DNA of 64,000 nt. Origin: the human T2T-CHM13v2.0 reference genome, Homo sapiens. A model generated the notes under the pieces. That model was not told where the DNA came from. It saw only the letters and a list, made by a program, of their open reading frames with translations, and made no database searches. Every line of letters begins with the position of its first letter. Positions within the stretch are counted from its first letter, which is position 1. The translations under genes were made by a program, and so were the position numbers. The DNA lies in the NCBI RefSeq assembly GCF_009914755.1, contig NC_060942.1. One strand, 5' to 3'. Below are positions 13,051 to 29,925 of the stretch, one piece after another.

Positions 13051-14507
13051 GAAAAAAAGTAAAAAATTAAAGGATTTCAGCCTTACTCTGTGGGAAATGA
13101 GAAGGCATTGCTGAGTTTTAAGCAAGGAATTGGTACCAAAAAGGAAAAAAAAGTGATACTTATATATAAACATGTTGAGAATTGAGTGTAGATGACACAA
13201 AGAGGAGCAGAGTGACAAGAAACAGTGGGATTTGGGACACACTTTTGAAGACAGTGCCAGCAAACTCCAAGGTTTTTGGCCTGTGCAAGCAGAAGATGCT
13301 GTTGCTCTTAATGGGGAGGGCTGCAGGTAGAGTGAGTCTGGGGTAAATGTTTCTAGGGTTTCAAGGGTTTCATGACAGTCGGTGGCTTCTGTTGTAGCTT
13401 GAATCTAAAGGTCACTTCTCTGATTTGGTGTTTCTCACCATCTCTCCTGCCAATCCTCCTCTTTTTCTTTGCAACCCTCTAAGTCTTAGCTTTAGAGGTG
13501 GAAGGTCAACCTAATTCTCTAGGCAGGCAACGGCTGGTTCCCTTTACCTGGAGAGCCTAAATGTAAATCTCTCTGCTAAAACCTCTCCCTCAGGGCACTG
13601 GTTCTTAGGGGAGGTGGTGACTTATTTATTTTGGGTCAGGTGTAGGACTTGTTGAGTTTACAGTGGATAGAATGAATTTTAAAATATGTCAACGGTTCAC
13701 TAGGACCCGAGTTGAAACTATTAACTTATTTTATTCAGGTCTTTGTGTAATTGTGATAGAGACATCGATCCCTCTGGTCAGGGTTGCATAAAGTCGTTGC
13801 ACAGTAAAACTTCCCAAAGGCTACATTTTTATGTTTCATTTTCAGACTGTTGGTGTCACAGGAGCAATTAAAATTTGTGAATAATGTTTTTTCCCCCTAG
13901 ATGAATAATGTGGATGGCCTGCAGTCTGCTCATATTCCTGCCAAGGGATTTAACAGGCTATTGTGTTAGTAACAATGTGGATGCAAATTGTAAACATTTA
14001 TCATCTCCTAAGTTTCATGCAATTTTCAAAGCCTTGCTAGTTAAAACAGGTACTCTAACCTCCAATATAAAACAATCTTTAGATCATTTTCCATATTCCC
14101 CAAACATATTTTGTTTTCCTGTAACTTCTATTTATTATATAAAGTAACATTGTAAAATCTGGTAGAAAGTAAATAGTAATGTTTAATAAGTTTAAGGTCC
14201 TCTAAAATTGATTTCGCGTCTCTTTAGATGCTATGAACTACTATTAAGGTACATCAATAAAACATTCCATATAGTGGTATTTGGTAGTAAATTCTCTATG
14301 CGTGTTTATTAGCGGTTTATTAGGAGGTAAACTAAATATTTGCTAGTGTAAATTTCCCAATAATTTATCTATACTCTCAGCATTTTACAACTGTTATGAT
14401 CTTGACTCTTGAAAATTACCAATGTAATAGGAATGTCCAAATATTTGAGTCTTAAGATCAAATTAATATTTTGCCAAAGGGGAAAAGCTTTTCAAGAATT
14501 ATTATGA

Positions 14508-14790
<283 letters not shown>

Positions 14791-15804
14791 TTGGTAATAC
14801 AGCCCCTTGGAGGAGAAAGACACGGATCAACAAATATTGACTAACTTCTTACAAGTTATTGTACCAAACATATGGGGAATACAAGGAAATATAAGTCATG
14901 CACTAGACCACAAAAGACTCATAATCTAGGTGGCAGAATGGTTGAAAGTTAGAATGCACGAGGGCATGGAAGGCAAGGATCTAATAATTCAGTGGATGCC
15001 AGAGAAACATATTGTAGGCATTTTGAGAAGATATAATTAAAAAAAAAAGATAGTAAAGTCTTGACGGAAGTAGTGAAATTAAGCAGACATTTAGGGGAGG
15101 TGGACTCTAAATGGGTAAAAAAGAGGGGGAAAGGCAGTTTCTTGGTGAGAATTACCACAAGTAAAGACACAGAGGCAAAAGAGAAGCCCACAGACTTGGG
15201 AGCCTCAGGGGTGGGATTGGGAGGTGAGTAGACACATCTGATTACAATGAGGGATTGATATATGGCAACAAGAGGAAGCAAAACCTGGAAATTTGAAAAG
15301 GCTAAGGGGTTTAGACTCTGCTTGGAGGCCCATCTACTGTGGATGGGTTGGTTTCTTGTGTAAAGATTCAGGCAGAGTAGCGGTTAAGTCCCAGCCTCGC
15401 TACATATGAACAATGCATTACTTAATGATTTAACTTCTTTGAACTTCAGTTTCCCTTCCGTACAAGGGAGATTATATCTGCGAGCAGAGTTGTGAAAGCT
15501 GTGTGAAATAACAGTTCATTGTGATCTAGCCAAGTGAGTGGTCATGACATTAGTGGTCACTTCCTCTCTGTGGTAAGTGGGTGGGGCAGGGAGGCCACAC
15601 TAAGGGCTTGTGAAGAGGAAAATGACATCATTGAAGGGATAGATGTGAGGTTTGGGGACTGTTAATTTTGTGATGGTGTGCAGAATGAACTGAAGAAAGG
15701 GAGTGTGTGTGTGTTGGAGGTGAAGGGAACATTAGACCACCCAGGAAGAACCGGGGCTGGAACTGGCTGTACTGGCTATGACCAAGCCAGCAGAAATGAT
15801 GAAG

Positions 15805-16000
15805 CCAGCTGGGCATGGTGGTGCACACCTGTAATCCTAGGTACTCAAGAGGCTGAGGCTGAAGGATTGCTTGAGCCCAGGAGTTTGATCCTAAAATGAA
15901 CTATGATGGTGCCACTGCACTCCAGCCTTGGGTGACAGAGACCCTGCCTCTTAAAAAACAAACAAACAAACAAACAAACAAACAAACAAAGCGAAAACAA
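15805..16000 (+). mobile_element. Alu right arm with (CAAA)n tail
   Basis: Monomer followed by AAAC repeats. Confidence 0.8.
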
Positions 16001-16069
16001 AGTGAACCTTAGAGGACAGGACACAAAAGGATTTGGAGAAGATAAGCTAGATGTAAAAAATAGAATCCA

Positions 16070-16412
<343 letters not shown>

Positions 16413-16879
16413 TTAAAGAAAGAAGTATCACACTAGTAGAAGGAAATACTAATGAAGACCTATGTTAGTATTTGTGTTTGTTTCTGTTTTGTTTTGCTTT
16501 GTCTGACCAGTTTATCCAGCTCTTTCCTTTGTTTAGGGGCTCTCGTCTCACTTTAACAACATGTCTTAATCTGGCAAATCAGAGCACTTGCTTTTCTTGG
16601 CACCAGTGATTGGTGTGGAGGTGAGCATGTTATAAAGCTGGGCCGGTCAGCCTGCTCTGAGTTTTTCTACCTGACATTAAATCTTTTTGGCCTCCCTGGA
16701 TATAGAAGCTAGAAGGTTGTCAATCTGGAGAAAGCTGCTGGCAGAAGCATATGAAGCCAAATGGAGACCACAAGAGATTAAAGGAGAAACAGAAAGATTT
16801 AGAAGCTTGGTAAAAGTTGATGATAATTTTATTACCTAAGGCCCACAGAATTGCCCTGATTACTGCAAAATCAAGTTGA

Positions 16880-18227
<1,348 letters not shown>

Positions 18228-19476
18228 TGAAATGGACTTTTTCTATCGTCTTGAACTTTTGGCCAAAGCCCAAAGCTAAGAGTAATTGATAACAAATATC
18301 CTCATATTCTCAAAAAAGGGGTTAGACAGAGCTTCACAATATTTACTGTAAATTTAAAAAAGAAAAGCCTAGTGCTCACCGTTATCACCAGCAGCAGCCT
18401 ATATAAGAGATTTCTCAGAAAGGACAATTGAAGTGAATTTATGGGGGTAGAGAGTGCTTTGTGGCATAGACCCTGGTGCCTGAGACAGCTGTGGCAATAT
18501 CCGAAAGTGGGAAGTTGGCTAGAGTAGTCCACAAAGTCAGGGCAAAGAGAGAGCGAGCACCAGTAGGCACAAGCCTCACTTCCACCCTTGGAGTAAGGGT
18601 ATATGGATTTTCTCACAGTGTGAATAGGATGGGGTGACAAGAATGACAAAGCAGACCATGACCTGTTCCACTCCAAGCCCCTAAACTGCAGATCCTGAGC
18701 TCAGGGAGGCGGAAGTATTGACTTGACTTAGATATGGACTTTTAATGCCGGCACGTGACTCAGTGCCAATACCTGAAAATGACAGGAAAGCTATGGGATC
18801 TTCCTGAACCGTGGCTCAGGGCAGAGAATGGGGAACTGATGAAGTATGCTCCAAGGCCATGGTGGGAAGGAAGCCATCAAGCTGCTTCATCTATGGACTC
18901 CACCCAGCCCATCTTGTTTAATAATCACTCCTAAATGCATCCATCAAGATTGGAAAAAAATGTTATCTGAAATCATCTGAGTGGTGGGAGTACAGGTGTT
19001 TTTTAATGTCTTTATACTTTTCCTGTATATTTTTCAAAATTTCCAAAACTAACATGTATGCTTGTATAATTTAAAACACAAATTAAAAAAATTAAAAAAA
19101 ATTTAAACCCAATCACCACCAACAAAAAACAAGACAAAAAAATAAAAGACATAGAGGAAATGGATCCAGACAAAAGGAAAGAACCAAGATGAAAATTTTA
19201 AAAGGAACAAGAATTGTCTCCTACTCTAATGATGCACACGTTGTGTCTGTATTTCTGCTGAAATACCTTTTGTCTTTCTCCCTTTTCATTTTCATACGTC
19301 CACACTAGTGCTAACTCTGGCCACATTCCCCTTAGAAGACTGCAGTGACCTCATAATTGATATATTTTCCTCTTATGCACCTCCACACCACTGACAAGCT
19401 CATCTTCTCAAAACACGTTCTCCTCTCTCTTATCTCTTCCCATGTGTTCCAAAGTAACTTTCCCACTTCAGGCCAG

Positions 19477-20100
<624 letters not shown>

Positions 20101-21490
20101 CATACTTTCTTATAAAAGGCCAAGCTTAACCTTACTTGGGCTCTTGTTAATTTCCAACATTCAAAGGATTTGTCAGTCTATTTAAATTGTAACTTGTTTG
20201 CTGGAGCTACCTTGGGTCCCTCATCTTCTCTTATTTAAGAAAGCAATAGGCACTGGGTTTAGTAGTTGGTTACATGTTAAACAGAGTTCTCTGGCTTTTC
20301 ACATATGTAAATAATTATAAGTTCCATCAATGAAGGTACCATGCTGTGTGCTTTTGTGTGTAGATCCTCGTGTGACACACTACAATGCATTGTTTAGCAC
20401 ATAATAGTTTCAGAAAATACCATTGAATTGATTGCATCTAAATAATTCTCATGGAACTATTTAATCTGTTAATACAGAACACCAAAGCTACCAGGATTGT
20501 GGAATTTAAAATAGCCCTTCAGTTCCTTTCCTGAATCTGGTAAACTTTCTAAATCATCATTTCCCTTTTTTCCACTTCAGGTACGTGGTCAGGTGAAAGT
20601 AATTTGACACCATAATATCTTAAATAAAATGAGAGTATAGACTTAGATGAGAGCAGAATAAGACAGTAGACTTAGATAAAAGTCGTTTAAATCCATTCAT
20701 ATTTGCAATGAAAAGAAACATTTTCATATTATTACTGCCATTTAAAAAATTACTTTTTGGGTCTCTGAACAAAGGTTATTAAAAATATAGAAAACTTTTT
20801 CACACCTCCTCCTACTCCACCATCTAGAAAATATATATATATATATATATTTTTTTTTTTTACCTTTCTGAACAGATCCAGGGAAATATAATAGAGGTTA
20901 ATACTTGTTTTCTTTACATTTAGCTTTCTTAACTTATAAGTAAGTTTATCTGACTCTACACAAGCCAAGTATTAATTAAAGTGCAAATAAGAGAGACAGA
21001 TTAGACATAGACAAAGGCCAAGGGGTCTCTCAAATCTACAAAAGGGCCCTATCTAATAGGATTGACAAACATTCAATATTTGTATTCAGAATTCCGTAAT
21101 AATAGTGTATTAAATTGGATTTGACCTCATTAAGTACAATACTGATCAAATACTGATCTAGCTTTAGTTGTTAATCGTTTTTTAAAAATTCCTTATTTGA
21201 CCTCACCCAGAAACCTGACAGACTTTTCTTAGTTCCCACCTTCTCTTCCATTAGAACCCCCAAATCCATTGCTCTCTGCAGCATCAGTGCAGTAGTGTAG
21301 ACTCTGTGATGGGAGTCCTATCCGGGCTGAACACGCCATCAAGGCCTGTCTTCTGAGTTGACACACAGGGGAGCAGCCTGAGTCTCTGGAGGAGCCCAAA
21401 ACCCTGAGGCAGCCCTTCTGAACTCCCCTGCCTGTACAGCCTGCTTCATCTCCCAGAGTCACATCTTTCTGTTTCCCTCATCCCTTTTAA

Positions 21491-21935
<445 letters not shown>

Positions 21936-22791
21936 TGCCCCTGTCAGTTAAAAAACAAACAAACAAACAAACACTCTCTAGGCTTCAGGCAATTCCCTAC
22001 CTTTGGGATGGCAAGCAGTGGAAGGTGAAAGCTGGGTTGTTCCTGCTGATGGCAGTGGCAGAGTTGTGATCCTGGCTGGAACTTAGAACTCACTTCCCCA
22101 TGGCAACCATAGAACCGCAGGATATTGTTAGGTAGGTTCTATCATATGTGTAGAACTCCAGATGAGGTCTGTTGGTCAAATAGAGTTTTGTGAGTTCTCC
22201 TGAGCACCTACCCACCACTCTTTAGTTTGTTTAGGGAGGAAAATGGCTCTGAGTTCCAAACAATTGACCATAAATCATCTTTGTGTAGAGGGAGCCCCAG
22301 GGGCATAGGTCTAGAATGTTTCTCTGCTATGGACTCTGATAGGTGTGTGGGCCCCTTTGAGTGGCTTCGCTCACAGGACGCCCACTCCAAGCCCAAGACT
22401 CCTGAGTCATTAGGGTAACCAGGAGTCCCCTCTGAGTGAGCACCCAGAAGGGAAATACAGACCTGAGGGAGGAGAGGATGCACATGAACTTGATGTAAGA
22501 CCTTCGCTGGAGGCAGGAAGAACAGGAGGCTAAGGGCTGGTGAGGGTGGAGGTTTCCAGAAGGCCTTTTGGCCTAACCGCTAGAGATGTTAACAGTGTTA
22601 TATTGTTAAGCTAGTCCCTGTAGACTTGTGCCAGGGTTGTTGGCAGGAGGGTTGTAATGAAAAGCAAGTGGAGCGAACTATATCTTTAGAGTTCTTTAAG
22701 TAATGGAGGCCAGGGTAGAGTTATCTTGTGATGAGTAATGGAATACATCACGGGGTTGTGTGTGTGTGTGTGCACGTGTGTGGACACATGC

Positions 22792-22947
22792 ACACCCCAT
22801 CTCCAAGTACCATCACATTGGGGGTTAAGGCTTGAACATATGAAATTGGGTATGGAGTGGGGCATGCAATTCAGTTTATGGCATCTCTCACATCAGAAAC
22901 CTGTGGGTCAGTCTAGAATTGTTCCTTCTCATCACCCCACTCAATAG
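22792..22947 (+). repeat. 156-bp direct duplicate of 25108-25263
   Basis: Ungapped hand alignment, 135/156 identical; spans the MLT1A end plus flank. Confidence 0.88.
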
Positions 22948-24524
22948 ATAAGTAGATCATTCAGCTGGAACAAATAAATGTTCCTTGGCTACAGTCAAGG
23001 CGATACCCAGCTGGTGATGACAGGGCTGTGACAGTGGCAGCAGGGAAATGGTGAAAGAACTGGAGGCCACCAATAAGGTAGGGGAAAGAATGGTCATGAC
23101 CACTTATGAGTCTGTGTGGAGTCCCATAGGATCAGAACAAAGAGGTTTCTGGGGGACTGGGATTCAGAGATTGAGAAAGAGGGGTCTAATCTAGACTTAT
23201 CAAATAAATAATGTTCTTGATACTCTTTTGATTGTGCCCTGGGGAAACTTAGCTGCTTTTATCTTTCTCTTGGTACATAGTTCAGGGTCATGCATGAGGG
23301 AGCCCTCAATAAATGTTACTGGCAGCCTAAATAAAATAAAATAAAATAAAATAAAATTAGTATATAATAAAACTAAATATATTGAGGTTCAGACAAAAGG
23401 CAAAAAACATTGTGTGCTGTAATACTGAAGATGCACTGTGCAGTTTTGAAATCTGATTTTAGTCTTTGTCATTTATGAATATCGCTGTTAAACATGCCCA
23501 TCCAATCTTTGTCTTTAGAGAAGCTCAGTAGAATTATGAAGAGAAACCAGTGTTCACTGTGATAGTGTAAAGCTGGTTTTATAGTCTTTAGAAGCGGTTC
23601 GCTAGGGCTCTGAGCCTCCTCTCCTAACACATGGTGCAGTGGGTACTGCTGTGTTGGTGAGTTGGCGGGACAATTTAAATGGTGTGATGGTGGTGGGTGG
23701 GGGTGGGGAGAAATTCTTTATGCGAAGTGTAATGTGTTTTCCAGCTTTTGCCTCCTGTTGCTTGGTCTCCCAGGAGTTTTGAGTGAAGTGTGACTGCAGA
23801 ATTTGGCTCTTCTGTCCAAAAACTTCAACCTACTTGTTACTGTTTGACATATGAGTTGAGGCCAGGGCCGAAGGAGAGACTCTATAATAGATGAAAATGT
23901 ATGCCATGAAGGTACTTCATAAATGCCAAATTATCTTATGGAAAGTGTCCTTTCATTGTCCTTTGATTTAATATTTATTGAGCTCTTATTACATGCCAGG
24001 ATTGGGGTCCGCTCTTTGGAAATATCAGAGGTGTCTTCAAGTTTTTGTGTTTTTTTGACTATAATTCCTCAAAAGAAGGGACTTAGACTATCTCATTCAT
24101 TTTTCTGATTCCTGTGGGATCTCTTTCCAGGAATTTTTCAAAGTTGCAAGGAAGGAGTAGCTCTCTTTCTTCTTGGATTCCAGAACTGCTGGTGGAATAT
24201 CCCTTGCCACTTGAAGGGCTTTGAGAGAATGAGCCCAAATACAGGTGAAGCCAAAGGGTGAGAGGGAAAGAGAGAGACAGAGGTCAGGACAGAGAGCTAA
24301 TCCTGGTGCTTTTGGAGTTCAGTTTTGAAGAAGTTTTCTCAACCCCTACTTTCCATCATTTGGTGAATTTATGAAGTTCCCTAAAGTAGTTTGATATGGA
24401 TTTCCATGACTTGGCAGCCAAAGAGTCCTGATTTATACAGTGTTAACACTGAACTCACCATCTTCCTCTCCCAAAAGAACCTCCTTCTGTATCCTGGTTA
24501 ATAGTACTCTCTACCTAGTCTCCT

Positions 24525-25199
24525 GTGTTAGTCAGCTCCAGCTGCCAAACAAAATACTGGAGCCTGAGTGGGTTAAACAAGAGGAATTTATTTATTACAG
24601 TTCTGTGGGCTGAGAAGTCCAAGATCAAGGCACCAGCCAATTCTTTTCCCTAGTAAGGGCCTTTTTCTTGCAGATGGCCACTTTCTTCCTGTGCCCTCAC
24701 AAGGTGAAGAGAGAGAGAGAGGAAACAAACTCTGGTGTCTCTTCTTATAAGGGCACTAATCACATCATGAGGGCCTCAACCTCATGACCTCTTCTAAATC
24801 TAATTAACTTCCTAACTCAGGAATGGAAAACCAAATATCGTGTGTTCTCACTCATAAGTGGGAGCTAAGCTATGAGGATGCAAAGGCATAAGAATGACAC
24901 AATGGACTTTGGGGAGTCAGAGGAAAAGGATGGGAAGTGGGTGAGAGATAAAAGACTACAGATTGGTGCAGTGTACACTGCTCAGGTGATGGGCGCACCA
25001 AAATCTCACAAATCACCACTAAAGAGCTTACTCATGTAACTAAACACTACCTGTTCCCCAATAACCTATGGAAATAAAAAATTTAAATAAATACTTTTAA
25101 CTTCCAAACACCCCATCTCCAAATACCATCACATTAAGGGTTAAAGCTTCAACATACGAAACTGGGTAGGGAGTGGGGCACAGAATTCAGTTTATAGCA
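24525..25199 (-). mobile_element. MLT1A-like LTR interrupted by an L1 3' end
   Basis: GAAGTCCAAGATCAAGG, TCTTCTTATAAGGGCACTAATC, AAATACCATCACATT. Confidence 0.75.
24813..25095 (+). mobile_element. L1PB-like 3' end
   Basis: TGTTCTCACTCATAAGTGGGAGCTAAGCTATGAGGATGCAAAGGCATAAGAATGA...AATAAA; TTAACTTCC on both flanks. Confidence 0.8.
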
Positions 25200-25563
25200 T
25201 CCCCCAGGTCAGAAGCTTGTGGGTCAGTCTAGAATTCCTCCTTCTCATCACCCCGCTCAATAGTCAGTGATAATCATCAAGTCCCAATGATGCATCCTAA
25301 ATATGCCTTGCATTCTTCTCGTCTCCATCCCTGTTGTCAATAGCTCAGTACAGGCCTTCATTAACTCTTGCCTGGAGTTTTGCAATAGCCTTCTACCTGG
25401 GCTCCTTCCAATCTCATCGTTGTTAAATCCATCCTCCAAGTAGCAGCTACAGCAAGATACCTGAAATGCAAACCTCACCTTATCAGTATGATGCCTGTTT
25501 CCCATGACTCATTCCCACCCTCTCCAAATTTCTCACTTTTCATATAATATAATGCTTGATTGT

Positions 25564-25675
25564 CAGTTTCATGGAAGACCATTTTTTCTTGGAAGCAGGG
25601 GATGATTTCAGGATGAAATAGTCCCACCTGAGATCATCAGGCATTAGAGTCTCATAAGGGGCACTCAACCTAGAT
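25564..25675 (-). repeat. 112-bp inverted duplicate of MER1B internal segment 26494-26605
   Basis: 108/112 identical to the reverse complement, ungapped. Confidence 0.92.
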
Positions 25676-26305
25676 TGAAGTCTCCTGTGTTCAAAAGCTT
25701 ATTATTTCACACACAAACCAAGTGCAAGCTCTTAGATCAGTGGCTTTGATGGCTTTGATACTGAAGAAAAGAGATGGTCTATTTCCATTGACTTAATTTT
25801 CAACAGTCTTCAGCACTTCATTTCATATAACAAGAAGCCTAAGTTTTTAGCTTGTTATTTAATTTTCTCCCTAATTTTTCAACCCCTTTCCCCCCAACTA
25901 AAACTCTCTAAGAATCATTGCTTCAGTCAGAATATTCTATAATAATTACAGTTACTTACCACACTCTTTCCTCCCCTGGATAGTTGTTTATACAGATCTT
26001 TCTGCCTGCAGAGCCCTGCGCTTCTTTCCTGTCCGTTTACTTATACCTACTCTGAAGCATTCCAATCTCTACTGATTTCTTGCTCTTCCAGCCTCTAAGT
26101 TCTTAGTGTTTGTCTTACTCTTTTTATCACTTATTACATAGAGCTTTATATTGATATTTGACTCTTCGTGAGTATGTCTTACCTCTGCCACAGGTCTCCA
26201 AGCTCTGTGAGGGCAAGGATCATGCCTCACACCACTGAGTGAGCCTAGCATGCTGTCTTGTATATGATGGGTTCTCATTAGATGTTCGTGGATTTTCTTC
26301 TAATG

Positions 26306-26637
26306 CAGGGGTCCCCAACCCCTGGGCTGTAGATGGGTGCAGGTCTGTGGCCTGCTAGGAATGGGGCTGCACAGCAGGAAGTGACTGGAGGGCAGGGAAG
26401 CGTTATCACCTGAGCCCCGCCTCCTGTCTGTTCAGTGGTGGCATTAGATTCTCATAGGAGCACGAACCCTATTGTGAACTGCACATGGGAGGGATCTAGG
26501 TTGAGTGCTCCTTATGAGAATCTAACGCCTGGTGATCTCAGGTGGGACTATTTCATCCTGAAATCATCCCCTGCTTCCAAGAAAAAATGGTCTTCCATGA
26601 AACTGGTCCCTGGTGCCAAAAAGGTTGGGGACTGCTG
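26306..26637 (+). mobile_element. MER1B hAT-Charlie MITE
   Basis: TIRs CAGGGGTCCCCAACC / GGTTGGGGACTGCTG; degenerate 8-bp TSD TTCTAATG/TTCCATTG. Confidence 0.85.
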
Positions 26638-27176
26638 TTCCATTGGATCCATTTTCTTCTCTTAGGTCATGGTAGTGGTAGCACCACATTTTGGTGAGTT
26701 TTTAACAAATGGGTTCAGAGAAGACAAGGCCAGTAAATTTTTTTAACTTCCAAATGTAAAAGTTATTTCGAGGTCAAATTCCTTAATTCCCACAAAGGGG
26801 ATAATCACTTTTGTGAGATGCTGAGCAATAGTCTTAAGTTCTACTGAGACAGGCCCAGGAGTCTAACTTTTGTGTCAATAAAAAATTATAATTACTGAGT
26901 ACAGTTACAATGCTGTGGAAATCTTGAACACCATAATTTATGCATCTGTAAAATTGCCATTTCAGGGCTCATGAAAGATACAATGAAAACCTTGGAACCA
27001 GATTTCTGGTTATAATAAAGAAGTTACTTGAAGATGGTCTGGGATTATAATTTTTAATTATCTTTACATATATTCCTATTTATTTCTGTGTATTTCATCT
27101 TAAATTGGAGCTTATAAACATAGATACTCTTCTAGTATTTCTGTCTATTTTATTTTTCTGCTCTCAAGACCATCTT

Positions 27177-27491
<315 letters not shown>

Positions 27492-28199
27492 TCATGGCTT
27501 TACTACAATTTTGATGAGAATTTTAGTTAACCTCTTGATCATCTTGATTTATGAGGTGTTTTTCTTCTAAAGATCTTGGACACTGTTTACATTTTTATCC
27601 TCCCCTAGAATTTAGTATTCTTTTCATTGTAAGTGACAAAGTACTTGGCCTATGCAAAAAAAGAATTTATCAACTCACCTAAACTGAAAGTGTGGGGCTA
27701 GATCAAACTTCAGGCACAGCTGAGTTAGAGCTCAAAAGATAGCATAAATATTTGGTTTTTCATTATCTTTCTCTTCTGCTTTTCAAGTGTTGCCTTTAGT
27801 CCTAGGCTTCATGTGATAGCAACAGAGTTGCAATAGCTCCAGGCCCTATATCTTACATTTCAAGAGAGCAGGAAAGATACTCTTTCCTGGAAGGCTGTCA
27901 GTGCCTCTCATTGGCTCTCAGTGGTTATGTGCCCATCCCTAAACCAATCAACATGGCCATTATCTACTTAAAATTGGTGGGGAGGCAGGGTAGACAGCCC
28001 CTAGCATCAAGGGTGTTTAATTCTCTATCAGAATCTCATGATATGATTGTATGGGTGGAGTTGATATTGATCTTCCAGACATCACTTATGTTGAACTCTC
28101 AGGAGCAATCAACCTTGTTGACTATAATCTTATTATTATTATTATTATTTAAATAATAGGGTTTTTTTTTGCTTTTACGATGCCTCAGACTTGTCTCTT

Positions 28200-28950
28200 C
28201 TTTTTCAGGTCATTATCTCTTTTCTCTGGTCATTAAATGTTCCAGTCTCTCAAGGCTGAGTCCTAGGCACTCTCCTAACTGAATTCCCTCCTAGGTGATT
28301 TCATTCATCCGTGAGGCTTTAATGATCACCTCAAAACCAAGCGTTTAAAATTTCCTGTGCAACCAGAGGAAATTCTGCACTCTATACTTCTGTCCCCAAT
28401 TGCCCATTTGATTTTTCTACTTAGTTTTTTTAAAAGTCACTTCAAACTCAACATGTTCAAAACCATATCCCCAAATAAACTTGTGCTGAGTACAGTGTTT
28501 CTCCTTGCAGTGAATTGTACCACTATCGATCCAGTTCTGCAAGTTAGAAACCTAAGCCTCATCTTTAACCTGTTCCAGCCCTCACTCCTCATTGCTTAGC
28601 TGTTCTGAAAGTCCTACAAACTTTACTTTCTCAATATTTCTCAAATCCTCTGACCTCTCTCTACCTCCTTAGTCTGAGCCATTATTTTCAATCATACAAC
28701 TGCCTCATCTTCAATGTGTTTCCTCCTTCTTCCAATCTATTTTCCTTTTTATAGTTAGAGTGCATTTTTTTCAAAATGCAAATTCAATGACTTTCCACTG
28801 GTCTTAAGATATAGAACAAGATTTCTATCATGGTCTACAAGACTTTGCTGATAGGGCTCCTTCTTACCCCATCAACACTGTAACTCTCCATATCCCCTCT
28901 TTACCCTTTGTGTTCCACCACAGTGGCCTTAGTTCACTTTCTTGACACAC
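28200..28950 (-). mobile_element. L2 fragment
   Basis: CACTTCAAACTCAACATGTTCAAAAC L2 motif. Confidence 0.6.
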
Positions 28951-28952
28951 CT

Positions 28953-29416
28953 TGTAGATGGAATAATGGCCAGTTCACCCCCTCCATGACAAATGTCCAC
29001 AACTTAATCACTGAAACCTCTGAATATGTTACTTTATATGGCAAAAGGTATTTTGCAGATGTGATGAAGTTAGGAACCTTGAAATGGAGAGATTATTCTG
29101 GAATATCCAGCTGGGCCCAGTGTAATCACAAGGGTCCTCATAAGAGGAAGTCAGGAGGGTCTAAGGCAGAGAAAGTGATGTGATGACAGAAGCAGGGGGC
29201 AGAGTGATGGGAGGAGAAGGCTGTGAGCCAATGAATGTGGGAGGCCTCTAATAGCTAGAAAAGGCAAGGAAATAAATCCTCTTCTACAGCTTCCAGAATG
29301 AATGAAGCTCTGCAACACCTTGATTTTAGGACTTTAGAACTGCAAGATAATTAATTTCTGTTTCAAGCTACTAAGTTTGCAGTAACTTGTTACAGCAGCA
29401 ATAGGAAGCTAATACA
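28953..29416 (+). mobile_element. MLT1 (MLT1D-like) solo LTR
   Basis: TG...TATGGCAAAAGGTATTTTGCAGATGTGAT...ACAGCAGCAATAGGAAGCTAATACA. Confidence 0.8.
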
Positions 29417-29429
29417 CAAACGATTGAGC

Positions 29430-29925
29430 TGAGTATCTTCAGCTTGCCCTTCTTCCCTAAGAGTAGAGGCTGACTCTCTACTCCTCCTGCTCAAGGATGA
29501 CCTGTGTGTTTTGCATCAGTGGGCTCTCTTCCCTTCTGGTCCTGATTGGACTTGGCCAAAGGGAGGCACATGTAGGACATTGGGGGATGGAAGGAAAGTG
29601 AAGTTGGGCTATTTGTTTCCCCTGCTACCATCCTGCTGGAACTCTGTGGACTGGAAGCATATCCATTGTGAAGGCCACAGCTCCTATTAGAAGGCCCTCA
29701 CCACACCCATTCCACATTCTGATAACTGTTTTATCCCCTTCCTCCTTTAAGCTGGGTGGTGTGGTGGTTAATGGCTCCTTGCTGTTGCTAGCCTAGGGTA
29801 CTGCACTATCTTGTACTATTTTCCCTATGGCTTGGCCTCTTGTTGTTAAATAGTCCTTTATTGAACACCAGTACAATTACCCAGTTTGAAAGGGCCATCT
29901 GATTCCCCACAAGATGATGACTAAT
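29430..29925. mobile_element. LTR16/LTR33-like ERVL LTR
   Basis: TTGGCCAAAGGGAGGCAC, GAAGGCCACAGCTCCT and TTACCCAGTTTGA motifs. Confidence 0.5.
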
